From: a virus
Reading direction: 5' to 3' (one strand)
Length of the DNA stretch: 64,000 nucleotides
Virus record (IMG/VR): IMGVR_UViG_3300020202_000002
Span: 1 to 64,000 of that record
Shown here in pieces: positions 8,407-17,531 of this stretch. Numbering within the stretch: the stretch's first letter is position 1; each line of letters begins with the position of its first letter. The notes under the pieces are model-generated. The model had not been told where the DNA came from, searched no databases, and worked only from the letters and a program-made list of their open reading frames with translations. The translations under genes and the position numbers were made by a program.

Positions 8407-10767
8407 ATGTCCACGAACCCCGCGACGCCAGCCACCAACGGCACGGCCAACGGCCATACTACGCCCCACGACCCCTACAGTGCCTTTCGCACACCGGCGC
8501 CGGACCCGCGCACCATCCAGGCCGTCCTCGATCGGCTGAGCACCAACGCCTACAGCATGCGGCGCGAGATCCTGAACCGTCTCATCGACCCGCGCCGCAA
8601 TATCGAAGCGGAATGCGGTTATCCGCAAAACGGCGACTGGATTCCTCCCCAGCTCTACCAGAATCTCTACGACCGTGAACCCATCGCAGCCCGCGTGGTC
8701 GACGTGTTCCCGAAAGAAGCCTGGCAGACCACACCCAGCGTGTTCGAGTCCGAGAAAAAAGGCAAGACCCCGTTCGACCAGGCGTGGAAGGAACTGAGCA
8801 AGCAACTGCGCGGCGAGAAGTGTTTTTATCAGGACGAAATTGGTTCGCCGGTGTGGGATTACCTGAAGCGGGCCAACATTCTCTCCGGCATCGGCAGCTT
8901 CGGAATCATCTTGCTGGGGTTGGACGACGGCGGCAGTCTGGACCAGCCGGTCATTTCTGCGGAACTAGCTGCGCAGGCAGCCAACCAAAAGCGGAAGACT
9001 AAGCGAAAGATTAGCTGGCAGGCCATGATGGCGCTGAACAAGCAGGTGGCAATGGAGAGGCCACAGACCGTCATGTTCAAGCCGGTGAAGTTGAAGGGGC
9101 GTGACCTCGAAGGCGTTGAGGTCGAACGCGAGATCGTCACAAACGAGCAGGCAAGCGCGCGGAACGCACATTTGGTGGCCGCGGCGAAACTCTGGGCCAA
9201 GAAAGACAAAACGCTGACAGCGAACGCCGTGGACAGCGTGGCGCCGGCGGTGATTCAGCCTGGCTACGGCCGGGGTGTGCCCGCTGACGACGACTGGGTG
9301 ATGCGGCAGTACGCCGAAGTTGGGACCGAGGCCCTGTACCAGCCAGCTGGTTTCAGCCCGCTCGGTCCAGGCGAGGAGCACAAGTCCGGCCCGCCAAAAC
9401 TGTTGTTCCTGCGAGTCTTTCCGGAGTCGCTTGTCCAGATCGTGCAGTACGAGTCCAACAGCCGCAGCCCGCGCTTTGGGCAACCCGTCCGCTACCTGGT
9501 CACGCTGAACGACCCTCGGGACCAGCACGCCGGCATCGGTCTGGCTCTCGCCACGGTCTATGTGCATTGGACTCGCATCATCCACATCGCGGACAACCTG
9601 GAGTCGTCCGAGGCGATCGGCGTCCCGCGCATGCGGCCTGTGCTCAACCGCCTCATCGATCTGCAGAAGCTGTACGGCGGTTCGGCCGAGATGTATTGGC
9701 GCGGGGCGTTTCCCGGCCTGGTGGCCGAATCGCAGCCCGGCTCGGATATCGTCACCGACATGGCGGACATGCGCAACCAGTTGGAAAACTGGACCAACAG
9801 TTTGCAGCGTGCCATGGCCACGGCTGGCTGGACCTTCCGGATGCTGTCGCCCACGGTGGTGGATCCGGGCTCACAGATCAACGTGCAGCTCGAAGCCATC
9901 TGCATCAAGATGGGCATCCCAAAGCGCGTCTTCATGGGGTCGGAGCGCGGCGAACTGGCCAGTAGCCAGGACGATAGCGCCTGGAACGACCGCCTGCGCG
10001 AGTACCGCGACAACTACATCACGCCCCGGATTATCACCCCGTTCGTGGACCGTTTGATAGCTGTCGGCGTGCTCCCCGAGCCCAAGGGGTACAGCATCAA
10101 GTGGGAGGATCTCGAAAGTCACGACGAGCAGACGAAGGCGCAGATTGCCGCAACCACGGTCGGTACGCTCGCGTCCTACGCAAACGGTGGCGTGGAGACT
10201 GTTCTACCTCTGCGCCGGCTGTACACGGACGTGCTGAAGATGGAGGACTCCCAGGCCGACGCCATCATTGACGAATTGGTGAAGTCTCAGGAGCAGGGCA
10301 TGATGACGCCTAGCGCCGACCAGCAGCAGACCGAGGCTGCAACCGCGAAACTACAGGCCGAGCAGATGCAGGCCGAAGGGCAGCCTGTCGAAGCAACGCC
10401 GGAGGAACAAGCGGCGCAGGCAAGCGAGCAGACGATGATTCAGGACCAGGCATCGCAATCGTCCTTGCAAACGATGCTCATGGAAGAGGAGGTCAAGCAG
10501 GCGCAGATTCAGACCAAGCAGATGGCGAAGGGACCGCCAGCCCAGAAGAAGCCAGCCGCCAACGCTCGCAAGAAATCGAACAAACAGGGCACCTTCGTCC
10601 AGAATCCCTTCAAGAGCAAGGCCCAGCGCCGGTTCATGTACGCGACCGATCCCGAGTTGGCCAAGGAGTTCGAGAAGAAGACCAAGGGCAAGAAGCTACC
10701 AGAGCGGGTGAGAAACGTCCTCGAAAAGATCCTGGCTTACCGCGCGAAAGAGAAGCAATCCGCATGA
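8407..10767 (+). CDS. portal protein (DUF1073-type) with internal insertion and C-terminal extension
   Basis: position after TerL; YDREPIAARVVD, RFGQP..Y, VHWTRIIH, GIPKRVF.GSERGELASSQD...W motifs. Confidence 0.85.
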   Translation: MSTNPATPATNGTANGHTTPHDPYSAFRTPAPDPRTIQAVLDRLSTNAYSMRREILNRLIDPRRNIEAECGYPQNGDWIPPQLYQNLYDREPIAARVVDVFPKEAWQTTPSVFESEKKGKTPFDQAWKELSKQLRGEKCFYQDEIGSPVWDYLKRANILSGIGSFGIILLGLDDGGSLDQPVISAELAAQAANQKRKTKRKISWQAMMALNKQVAMERPQTVMFKPVKLKGRDLEGVEVEREIVTNEQASARNAHLVAAAKLWAKKDKTLTANAVDSVAPAVIQPGYGRGVPADDDWVMRQYAEVGTEALYQPAGFSPLGPGEEHKSGPPKLLFLRVFPESLVQIVQYESNSRSPRFGQPVRYLVTLNDPRDQHAGIGLALATVYVHWTRIIHIADNLESSEAIGVPRMRPVLNRLIDLQKLYGGSAEMYWRGAFPGLVAESQPGSDIVTDMADMRNQLENWTNSLQRAMATAGWTFRMLSPTVVDPGSQINVQLEAICIKMGIPKRVFMGSERGELASSQDDSAWNDRLREYRDNYITPRIITPFVDRLIAVGVLPEPKGYSIKWEDLESHDEQTKAQIAATTVGTLASYANGGVETVLPLRRLYTDVLKMEDSQADAIIDELVKSQEQGMMTPSADQQQTEAATAKLQAEQMQAEGQPVEATPEEQAAQASEQTMIQDQASQSSLQTMLMEEEVKQAQIQTKQMAKGPPAQKKPAANARKKSNKQGTFVQNPFKSKAQRRFMYATDPELAKEFEKKTKGKKLPERVRNVLEKILAYRAKEKQSA

Positions 10768-11408
10768 GTGCAGTCCGCGATGGCACCGTGGGCTACGATC
10801 GCCGGCTGCAACGCCTGGAGCGCGTGCGCGACGATGAGGCTCGCAACGAGTTGGCCGAAAAGAACTGGAACCTCGTGCGTGCTGTCTGCAAGCGCCTCAT
10901 GTACCGCATCGAGGCGGCTCGCGTCGACCCGGACGATGTGATTGGTGCAGGATGGTTCGGCCTGTTGCGTGCCGCAGAGCTATATGAAGAGATTCAGCCT
11001 GACGGCCGGCGGATTCGCTTCTCGACCTACGCGAACTACTGGATCGAGCAATACATGGTTCGCGAGATGAACAGCCTAGCCCATTGCAATCTGGGCGTGA
11101 GCATTGACGCCGTGCTGCCGGAGAGACGTAGCTGGCAATCCAGGAACAAGACGCTCGCCGATTGCGTCGAGGAAGAGGACGGCGAAACGAACGTCCACGT
11201 TCCCTCGTCTGATTTGCGCGATTTGTTGTGTTCTCTGAAACCGCGCTATCGCCATGCTCTCGAATGCCGATTCGTCCTGAACATGGCCTTGCACGAGACG
11301 GGCCGCGAGCTGGGCGTCAGTAGGGAGCGAGCGAGGCAAATCATCGAGCAGGCGTTGAAGCTGGTGCGCAAGCGGGCGCAGGAAATTGGGCTGGATGCCA
11401 TAGCGTGA
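10764..11408 (+). CDS. RNA polymerase sigma-70 family sigma factor
   Basis: region 2 (DDVIGAGWFGLLRAAE...RFSTYANYWI); region 4 HTH (ETGRELGVSRERARQI). Confidence 0.9.
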   Translation: MSAVRDGTVGYDRRLQRLERVRDDEARNELAEKNWNLVRAVCKRLMYRIEAARVDPDDVIGAGWFGLLRAAELYEEIQPDGRRIRFSTYANYWIEQYMVREMNSLAHCNLGVSIDAVLPERRSWQSRNKTLADCVEEEDGETNVHVPSSDLRDLLCSLKPRYRHALECRFVLNMALHETGRELGVSRERARQIIEQALKLVRKRAQEIGLDAIA

Positions 11409-11605
11409 CCACAGAAGGCGGGGTGAATTGCTTGGTTCACTCCAAACTCAGCCGCTGGCCCGCCGGTGCCAGATGTGGAAAACCGGCAACAACACGAGAG
11501 GACCGTGGATGCCCAAGCGTCGCACCCGCGAACAGCGCCGCATCGTTGCTGACCTGATCGCCAGGTTCGACGCCTTGCTCTGCCCCTTCTGTCGGGAGTT
11601 CTTGC

Positions 11606-12370
11606 ATGTCTGCGACTGTTTCCCCCAGGATCAACCCGCTGCGGCTCGACCCGCAAAGGCTTGCTACCCTGCGCCGGCACATGACGGCCAACCTGCAAAA
11701 CCTCAAAGGAAACGCCCTGCTTAAGCACTGGTTCACATGCGTCCTGCGCGGCTACAGGACAGGTGTCGAACGCGGCTACGACGACGTGCACCGGCGAAAG
11801 CGAGCCATCCTGCGAACCCCGGTCGAGGTGGCCCGCTACGAAGCCTTGAAAGCAGACACGACGCGCCGCGTGCTCGTCGAAAAAGCCGTGCGCCGAGGTT
11901 ACGCCGATCTGACAGCCAACAGCATAACCCAGGCTGTATTGGACTTCATCGCTGGTCTTGACCTGACCGTTCTCATCGGCATCACGACAGCCATGGCGGC
12001 GCAAATCGTGGCGGCTCTGTATGACGGCGTGTTCTGGGGCAAGTCGCTGTCGCAGATCGTCCTCGACATTTACCAAGCCGGCGTCGACATGAACCGGGCG
12101 CGAGTGATTGCCGAGACGGAACTGACCCGTGCCTACGCTGAGGGGCAATTGGACGTGATCCAGCAGACCAGCCCGCTCGGCCCCAACGCACCTGTGACGG
12201 CCCTCGTCGAATACACGACCGCTGGCGACGGCAACGTCTGTCCGCAGTGTGCGAGTTTGCAGGGGCAGATTTTCACGGTGGCGTCGGCGCGCGGAGTGAT
12301 TCCAAGGCACCCGCGCTGCAGGTGTACCTGGAAAACTGCCTCGATTGTTCCCAAGCCGAAAGCCGCGTAG
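11606..12370 (+). CDS. head morphogenesis protein (Mu gpF / SPP1 gp7 family)
   Basis: RARVIAETELTRAY; TAGDGNVCPQC; IPRHPRCRCTW. Confidence 0.85.
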   Translation: MSATVSPRINPLRLDPQRLATLRRHMTANLQNLKGNALLKHWFTCVLRGYRTGVERGYDDVHRRKRAILRTPVEVARYEALKADTTRRVLVEKAVRRGYADLTANSITQAVLDFIAGLDLTVLIGITTAMAAQIVAALYDGVFWGKSLSQIVLDIYQAGVDMNRARVIAETELTRAYAEGQLDVIQQTSPLGPNAPVTALVEYTTAGDGNVCPQCASLQGQIFTVASARGVIPRHPRCRCTWKTASIVPKPKAA

Positions 12371-12378
12371 GAGCACTC

Positions 12379-12630
12379 ATGCCGATGGCCGCAAGGAAAG
12401 CGTTCACCGAGACGGAACAGAAGATGCTTGATGTTCTCGCGGATGGCGAGCCGCACACCTACAAGGAACTGCAGGGCTGTCTTTACGACGAGCAGGGCAC
12501 GTACCGCAACGTCGCCCGCCACATGTCCCGCATTCGCAAGCGTCTCAAGAAGAAGGGCGAAACGATCGTGTGCGTCTGGCATAAGCGGAAGCACTGCTAC
12601 CAACACGTTGCCTTCAAGCGCAAATCTTAG
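12379..12630 (+). CDS. winged-helix DNA-binding protein
   Basis: TETEQKMLDVLADG...NVARHMSRIRKRL resembles an OmpR-type effector domain; AGGAG RBS. Confidence 0.65.
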   Translation: MPMAARKAFTETEQKMLDVLADGEPHTYKELQGCLYDEQGTYRNVARHMSRIRKRLKKKGETIVCVWHKRKHCYQHVAFKRKS

Positions 12631-12679
12631 CCTCAAATCTTAGTCACATCTTACTGTGACAATGCCACACCTTACTGTG
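12621..12679. promoter_or_regulatory. tandem operator-like repeats upstream of the head operon
   Basis: CAAATCTTAG at 12621 and 12634, CACATCTTAC at 12645, CACACCTTAC at 12666; the last two sit in CACA-N6-TGTG palindromes 21 bp apart. Confidence 0.6.
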
Positions 12680-12731
12680 TAATCTGTTGCGCCGTCATTG
12701 GTTGCGTCAACCATAGCGTTAGAGTAAACGC

Positions 12732-14636
12732 ATGGAGTTGATCACATCCAATGATCTCGGCAAGGTGCGTCGCGAGTGGTCTAAGGGCCGCGAATACCTC
12801 GTCGCGCCAATGACGATGATCGTCGGGAATACGGTACTTTCTGGAAGTAAGGGAAGTTTACTATACCCGGCCGAAGAAGTCTCACGCGACGCGCACACCT
12901 GGAACGGCGTGCCCCTTCTGCTCAATCACCCGATGACGCCGGATGGTCGCCACATCAGCGGGCGTGACCCTGCTGTCTTGGAACGCCAACAGATCGGCCA
13001 CGTCTTCAACGCCTACTCCGACGGCAAGGATCTCAATGCCGAGGCGTGGTTCGACGTGAAGTGGTGCGAGGAGCTTGATCGCCGGGTGCTGATCGCGCTG
13101 CAGGAAGGTCGCCCGATCGAGCTGTCCACCGGACTGTTCACGGACGATACGCCTTCGCGAGGTGTAGCGAACGGTCGCCAGTATACGCACATCGCCCGGA
13201 ACTACAGGCCGGACCATCTGGCGATTTTGCTGACGCAGGCTGGGGCGTGCTCGGTGCCGGATGGGTGCGGGGTGCTGGTGAACCAGGAATACAAGCGCGA
13301 CGTGTGGGAGAAACTGGGAGAGGCGCTGGGGGTGATTGGAAACGGCGCGAATGATGTGACAACCGTCGAGAGCGACGACGATTTCTTCAAGCGCACCGGT
13401 GGCAAGGGAGAAAAGCTCATTCGCCGGATGTCGCAAGCCCAGTACGACCAAGAGCAGAAAGCAAAGAAGGCAGCCGAGAAGAAAACGACTGGCAAGAAGA
13501 AAACATCGTATCCATCACTAGCTGATCGTCTGGCGAAGGTCCAGGAAAAGGACGCAAAGGCCAGAGATCTTGCCAACCGCACTGTTGGTGGCCCACGCCC
13601 ACTGAGAACAGCGGCGCCGACCGGAGGGGTTTCGCCAAAGGCATCAGGTCCGAAAACGCCGGCGCCAGCGGCCAAGAAGCCAGCTGGCGCCACCCCCAAA
13701 CCACCCATCGCCAAGCCCAAGAAAAACGCCTTCGAGCAACTGATGGCTCGTCTGCCCGGCATGTCGCAGTCGCGCAACTTCGGCAAGTTCGGCCCGGTTA
13801 CCGGCGGCTACGGTTCGGGTCCGGTGCATCGCGCCAGCCAGAAGGGATTCGGCAGCGTGCAAGAGGTGTTCGCGCAGAACGCGCTGAACACGTTGGGCGA
13901 GGAGTTGCTGGGGAGGATTTTGGTCAATGCGGTGGAGAACGACGCCTCTGATGACGCCTTCGAGAAGGGGCTTAAATCGACAAAGTTCTACGAGCGCGTC
14001 AGTGGAAAAGATGTCGAGGTGACCGGCGCAAAGCGTGACGCTCGGCTGCAACAGGCGCGTTCTGAACGTCAAGAAAGAATCAAGAAGTTCGGAAAGTCGA
14101 AACCCCCACCTACGCCCCCGAAGCAGAAACCGACGCCGTACACAGGACCGAGCGGCAGTGGTGCCGAAACGACCGCCCAGGTGATGGCCCGCAAACGTCG
14201 CGAGAGCATGGGCATTTCCGACCCGAAGCCAACGGCAAAGAAGCCCGCAGGCCCCAAGCCCAAACCGCCCATCAAAAAGAACGCCTTCGAGCAACTCCTG
14301 GACCGCATGCGCGAAAACGCCGCGGCCATGAAGACGCCTGCCCAAATCACCACCGAACGCAACGCCAAGGCCAAAGCCGCTCGGGCGCAGATGGCGACGA
14401 AAACGACCGCTGACAAAGCCAAACGGGCGCAGGCTCGCACGGCCCAGAAAGCCGCCGTCACCAAGTCGCAGACAGCGCAGAAGGCCAAGGTCGCCACCGA
14501 TGTCACCGCTCGCACGCAGAAGCATGCCGCAGGCGTGGCAGCGACCAAAGCGAAGATGGCAGCCAAGCCAAAACTACCAGCAGCCGTCGCCACCAAGATC
14601 AAGCACAACCTCGCCGCCTTGTGTGCGGCCATTTAA
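12732..14636 (+). CDS. DUF2213-type prohead protease with long Lys/Ala/Pro-rich extension
   Basis: WNGVPLLLNHP, IELSTG, DHLAIL...GACS..DGCG in the first ~184 aa; remainder basic and low-complexity. Confidence 0.8.
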   Translation: MELITSNDLGKVRREWSKGREYLVAPMTMIVGNTVLSGSKGSLLYPAEEVSRDAHTWNGVPLLLNHPMTPDGRHISGRDPAVLERQQIGHVFNAYSDGKDLNAEAWFDVKWCEELDRRVLIALQEGRPIELSTGLFTDDTPSRGVANGRQYTHIARNYRPDHLAILLTQAGACSVPDGCGVLVNQEYKRDVWEKLGEALGVIGNGANDVTTVESDDDFFKRTGGKGEKLIRRMSQAQYDQEQKAKKAAEKKTTGKKKTSYPSLADRLAKVQEKDAKARDLANRTVGGPRPLRTAAPTGGVSPKASGPKTPAPAAKKPAGATPKPPIAKPKKNAFEQLMARLPGMSQSRNFGKFGPVTGGYGSGPVHRASQKGFGSVQEVFAQNALNTLGEELLGRILVNAVENDASDDAFEKGLKSTKFYERVSGKDVEVTGAKRDARLQQARSERQERIKKFGKSKPPPTPPKQKPTPYTGPSGSGAETTAQVMARKRRESMGISDPKPTAKKPAGPKPKPPIKKNAFEQLLDRMRENAAAMKTPAQITTERNAKAKAARAQMATKTTADKAKRAQARTAQKAAVTKSQTAQKAKVATDVTARTQKHAAGVAATKAKMAAKPKLPAAVATKIKHNLAALCAAI

Positions 14637-14651
14637 CCACGGAGCAAGACC

Positions 14652-15554
14652 ATGGGATTCCGACTGACCGACAAGGAACGCGAGGATGTCATCGACTTCC
14701 TGGCAGCCAACTGCGGCGATTGCGGCGGCAAGGAAGGACTCGCCACCCTGGACGATCACCAGCTGTCGCTCATCGTCGCCGACGAATACGGCGACCTCGA
14801 CCCCATCGTCTCCAACGAGGCCGACGACACCGAGAACGAGGAAGTCGACAACGAGGAGACGGCCGAAAACGACGACGAAAGCGCCGAGAACGAGGAGGGC
14901 GCGGCGGAAAACGAGGAAGTCGAGAACGAAGAGGACGCCGCCGAGAACGAGGAAGAGGTCGACAACGAGGAGCACTGCAACGCCGCCAGCATGGCCAAGG
15001 CCAAGGCGGACGCGGCGCTCGACAAGGTAGCCACGCCCAAGAAGAAGACCAGCATCCCGCCCGGCCACAAGACGCCCACCAAGAAGCAACCAAAGGCGAA
15101 GAAGCAGCCGAAGGCCAAGATCGCTACGGGCGGCGGTCTGCCCCCCGGCAAGGTGTACAAGGCCAACGTCGCCCTCGAAGAGTGGCTCGCCAATCCCGAT
15201 GGTCCGGCCCCGGACGAGGCCATCGAAGCCGTTCGCAACGCGCTCGCCATCAACCAGCAAGCCAAGATGGGCGTCATTCGCGACCTCGTGGTCAACGTCC
15301 ATGGGGACGCGCGTCTCGCCGTCATTTCGCGCCTGTCCAAGCTCGACCTCGACAACCCCGAAAGTGAACTCCCCACGCTGAAAGACCTGGCCCTCATGTT
15401 CGGCATCGACTCGCGGCGAGCGCGCCTTGACGTACCGGTCTTTCTCGGCAAGGGCGCACCTGTCGGCAACGCGGCCATGGATGACGACGACGGCAACGAG
15501 GCACCGTTGCGAATCCCGCAAACCTGTGGCGGCGAAGACGAATCCGCAGCCTGA
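14652..15554 (+). CDS. scaffold protein
   Basis: acidic xENEE repeats plus a basic segment; lies between protease and capsid genes. Confidence 0.7.
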   Translation: MGFRLTDKEREDVIDFLAANCGDCGGKEGLATLDDHQLSLIVADEYGDLDPIVSNEADDTENEEVDNEETAENDDESAENEEGAAENEEVENEEDAAENEEEVDNEEHCNAASMAKAKADAALDKVATPKKKTSIPPGHKTPTKKQPKAKKQPKAKIATGGGLPPGKVYKANVALEEWLANPDGPAPDEAIEAVRNALAINQQAKMGVIRDLVVNVHGDARLAVISRLSKLDLDNPESELPTLKDLALMFGIDSRRARLDVPVFLGKGAPVGNAAMDDDDGNEAPLRIPQTCGGEDESAA

Positions 15555-15645
15555 ACGACGACCGGGGCCGGCTGACGCAACCCCGCGGCTAGCTGGCCAA
15601 CCGGATCGGAAGCGCGGGGCGCTAACGCGAACAGGAGAAGAAACC

Positions 15646-16116
15646 ATGGCCGGAAGAGGTGCAGGAATCATCGTCAGCGCCGACCCTCAGGGCAAGTTCC
15701 TTGAGGGCATCATCGACGGCACGCCCAAGCCGGGCCAGGCCGTCAGTGTCAAAGCCGCCACCGAACCAGTCGGCGGCGCATTCACCTGGGAGCCGTGGGC
15801 GCTCGGCGACGGCGCGTACGGCATCACGGCGATTCTTCTGCCCGACCACATGCAGGGCAAGCTGGCGACCGACGCCTACGTCGATGCGGATCGCTGCTTC
15901 ATTTACGCCCCGATCGCGGGTGAGTTGATGAACATCTTGCTGGAGAACCAGTCCGGTACGGCCGACTCGTTCGCCATCGGTGATCTGCTCAGCCCGAAGT
16001 CGACCAACGGCAAGTTCATCGCCAACACCAGCGACGAGAAGCCGGCGTTCACGTGCATGCAGACCAAGGCGGCTCTCACGGCCGATGACCTCTGCTTGGC
16101 GATGTACAACGGCTGA
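15646..16116 (+). CDS. head decoration/cement protein
   Basis: 156-aa beta-rich ORF directly before the MCP; AGGAG RBS. Confidence 0.7.
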   Translation: MAGRGAGIIVSADPQGKFLEGIIDGTPKPGQAVSVKAATEPVGGAFTWEPWALGDGAYGITAILLPDHMQGKLATDAYVDADRCFIYAPIAGELMNILLENQSGTADSFAIGDLLSPKSTNGKFIANTSDEKPAFTCMQTKAALTADDLCLAMYNG

Positions 16117-16202
16117 TCCGAGCGGACGCAAGCATCAAGGTCGCAAGCCGCCCGACCTCGAACCCGGCGGCGGCTCGATCACGGAACAGGGAGAAACGGC
16201 AC

Positions 16203-17444
16203 ATGTACGCATTCACGGATTACGTTCAGAACGGCCGGGGCTTCGGCGAGGTCGGACAGATGCTGCAGGGCGTCCACTACGACCCCAACCTTCTGCGTCC
16301 CTACTGGCACAAGGGCAAGCAGATGGTCACCTACAACACCGGCCGGCGCGTGGCCAACGGCGGCAAGGACGACGGCGCATGGATCCTCAAGGAAGCCCCT
16401 ATCGCCGATCTTCGCGCCCGCTATGGCTGGAACCCTCCGGTGTGGAACGCCACGTCGCTCCGCAAGGAAGACTGGATTCACCTCGACACCACGGTCCGGC
16501 AAGCAGCCCGCCCGCGGCTCAAAGCGTGGAACGATCTCGCCAGCCGCTGCTCGGTGTCGGTTCCCAACGCCATGGGCAAGACCGTCTACGAATACGAAAC
16601 CTCCAGCGACCCCGGCTTCGCGCTGGTCGACATGGACGGCGTGAAGGAAGCGTGGGGCGATGACGAGCAGTTCCAGCTGCAGGCCGTGCCCCTGCCGATC
16701 ACGCACGCAGGGTTCCAGTGCACGGCCCGCCATCTTGCCGCGAGCAAAGGCAGCGGAGGCAGCTTCGATACCCGCATGGGCGAGAAGGCCGGCCGTCGCG
16801 TCGGCGAAGCCATCGAGCGGACCCTGATCGGCGTGCAAACGGGACTCGCGTTCGGCGGCACAGGACGATACGACTCCGGCATGGCCTATGGCCGCGCCTC
16901 GCAGGTCTACGGCTACACCAACTTCCCGCAGCGCCTCACCAAGACCAACCTGGTCAGCCCGACCGGTGGCTCCTGGACGCCCGACGACACCGTGAACGAT
17001 GTGCTGGCGATGATCGACCAGCTCACGGCCAACTTCTTCTACGGCCCGTTCATGGTGTACCACAGCAACGACTGGGACCGCTACATGAACGGCGACTACT
17101 ACGTGTCGTCCGGCGCTGGTCTCGTCGCCCCGTCCAAGACTCTCCGCCAGCGACTGAAGGACATCGAGGATGTCGTCGACGTGAAGCGCCTTGACTTCCT
17201 CACGTCGGCCGCACTTGGCGTCACCTCGCCGTACGGTCCGACCACGGCCAACCCGTTCACGCTAATCATGGTGCAGATGACGAAGGAAGTCGTGTGTGCC
17301 ATTAACGGCATGGACATCACGACCATCCAGTGGGAGGAGAAGGGCGGCATGCTCTTGAAGTTCAAGACGCTCGCCATCCAAGTGCCGCTGATTCAGGCGG
17401 ACTTTTACAACAACTGTGGGCTACTCCACGCCACTACGTCCTAA
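16203..17444 (+). CDS. major capsid protein (HK97 fold, encapsulin-like type)
   Basis: NATSLRKEDWIHLD; PLPITHAGF; YGYTNFP; FYGPFMVY; position in the head operon. Confidence 0.88.
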   Translation: MYAFTDYVQNGRGFGEVGQMLQGVHYDPNLLRPYWHKGKQMVTYNTGRRVANGGKDDGAWILKEAPIADLRARYGWNPPVWNATSLRKEDWIHLDTTVRQAARPRLKAWNDLASRCSVSVPNAMGKTVYEYETSSDPGFALVDMDGVKEAWGDDEQFQLQAVPLPITHAGFQCTARHLAASKGSGGSFDTRMGEKAGRRVGEAIERTLIGVQTGLAFGGTGRYDSGMAYGRASQVYGYTNFPQRLTKTNLVSPTGGSWTPDDTVNDVLAMIDQLTANFFYGPFMVYHSNDWDRYMNGDYYVSSGAGLVAPSKTLRQRLKDIEDVVDVKRLDFLTSAALGVTSPYGPTTANPFTLIMVQMTKEVVCAINGMDITTIQWEEKGGMLLKFKTLAIQVPLIQADFYNNCGLLHATTS

Positions 17445-17531
17445 TGCCTATGACCACCGCAGCGCCGGGGCGGGTTGTCTGCAATGACGCGGCACCCGCC
17501 CCATGCAGTCCCAAAACCGAGGAGAAAGCAG

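Noticed and set aside
8407-10767. Anti-CBASS Acb1 protein or intein-containing portal
   Set aside because: No 2H-phosphoesterase HxT pair or intein terminal motifs recognised; the extra length is low-complexity insertion and extension.
14820-14980. CRISPR array or DNA tandem repeat (GAGAACGAGGA units)
   Set aside because: These are in-frame coding repeats for xENEE in the scaffold; no repeat-spacer structure.
16203-17444. Encapsulin nanocompartment operon
   Set aside because: The encapsulin-like protein sits with terminase, portal, protease, scaffold and tail genes, so it is a phage capsid.
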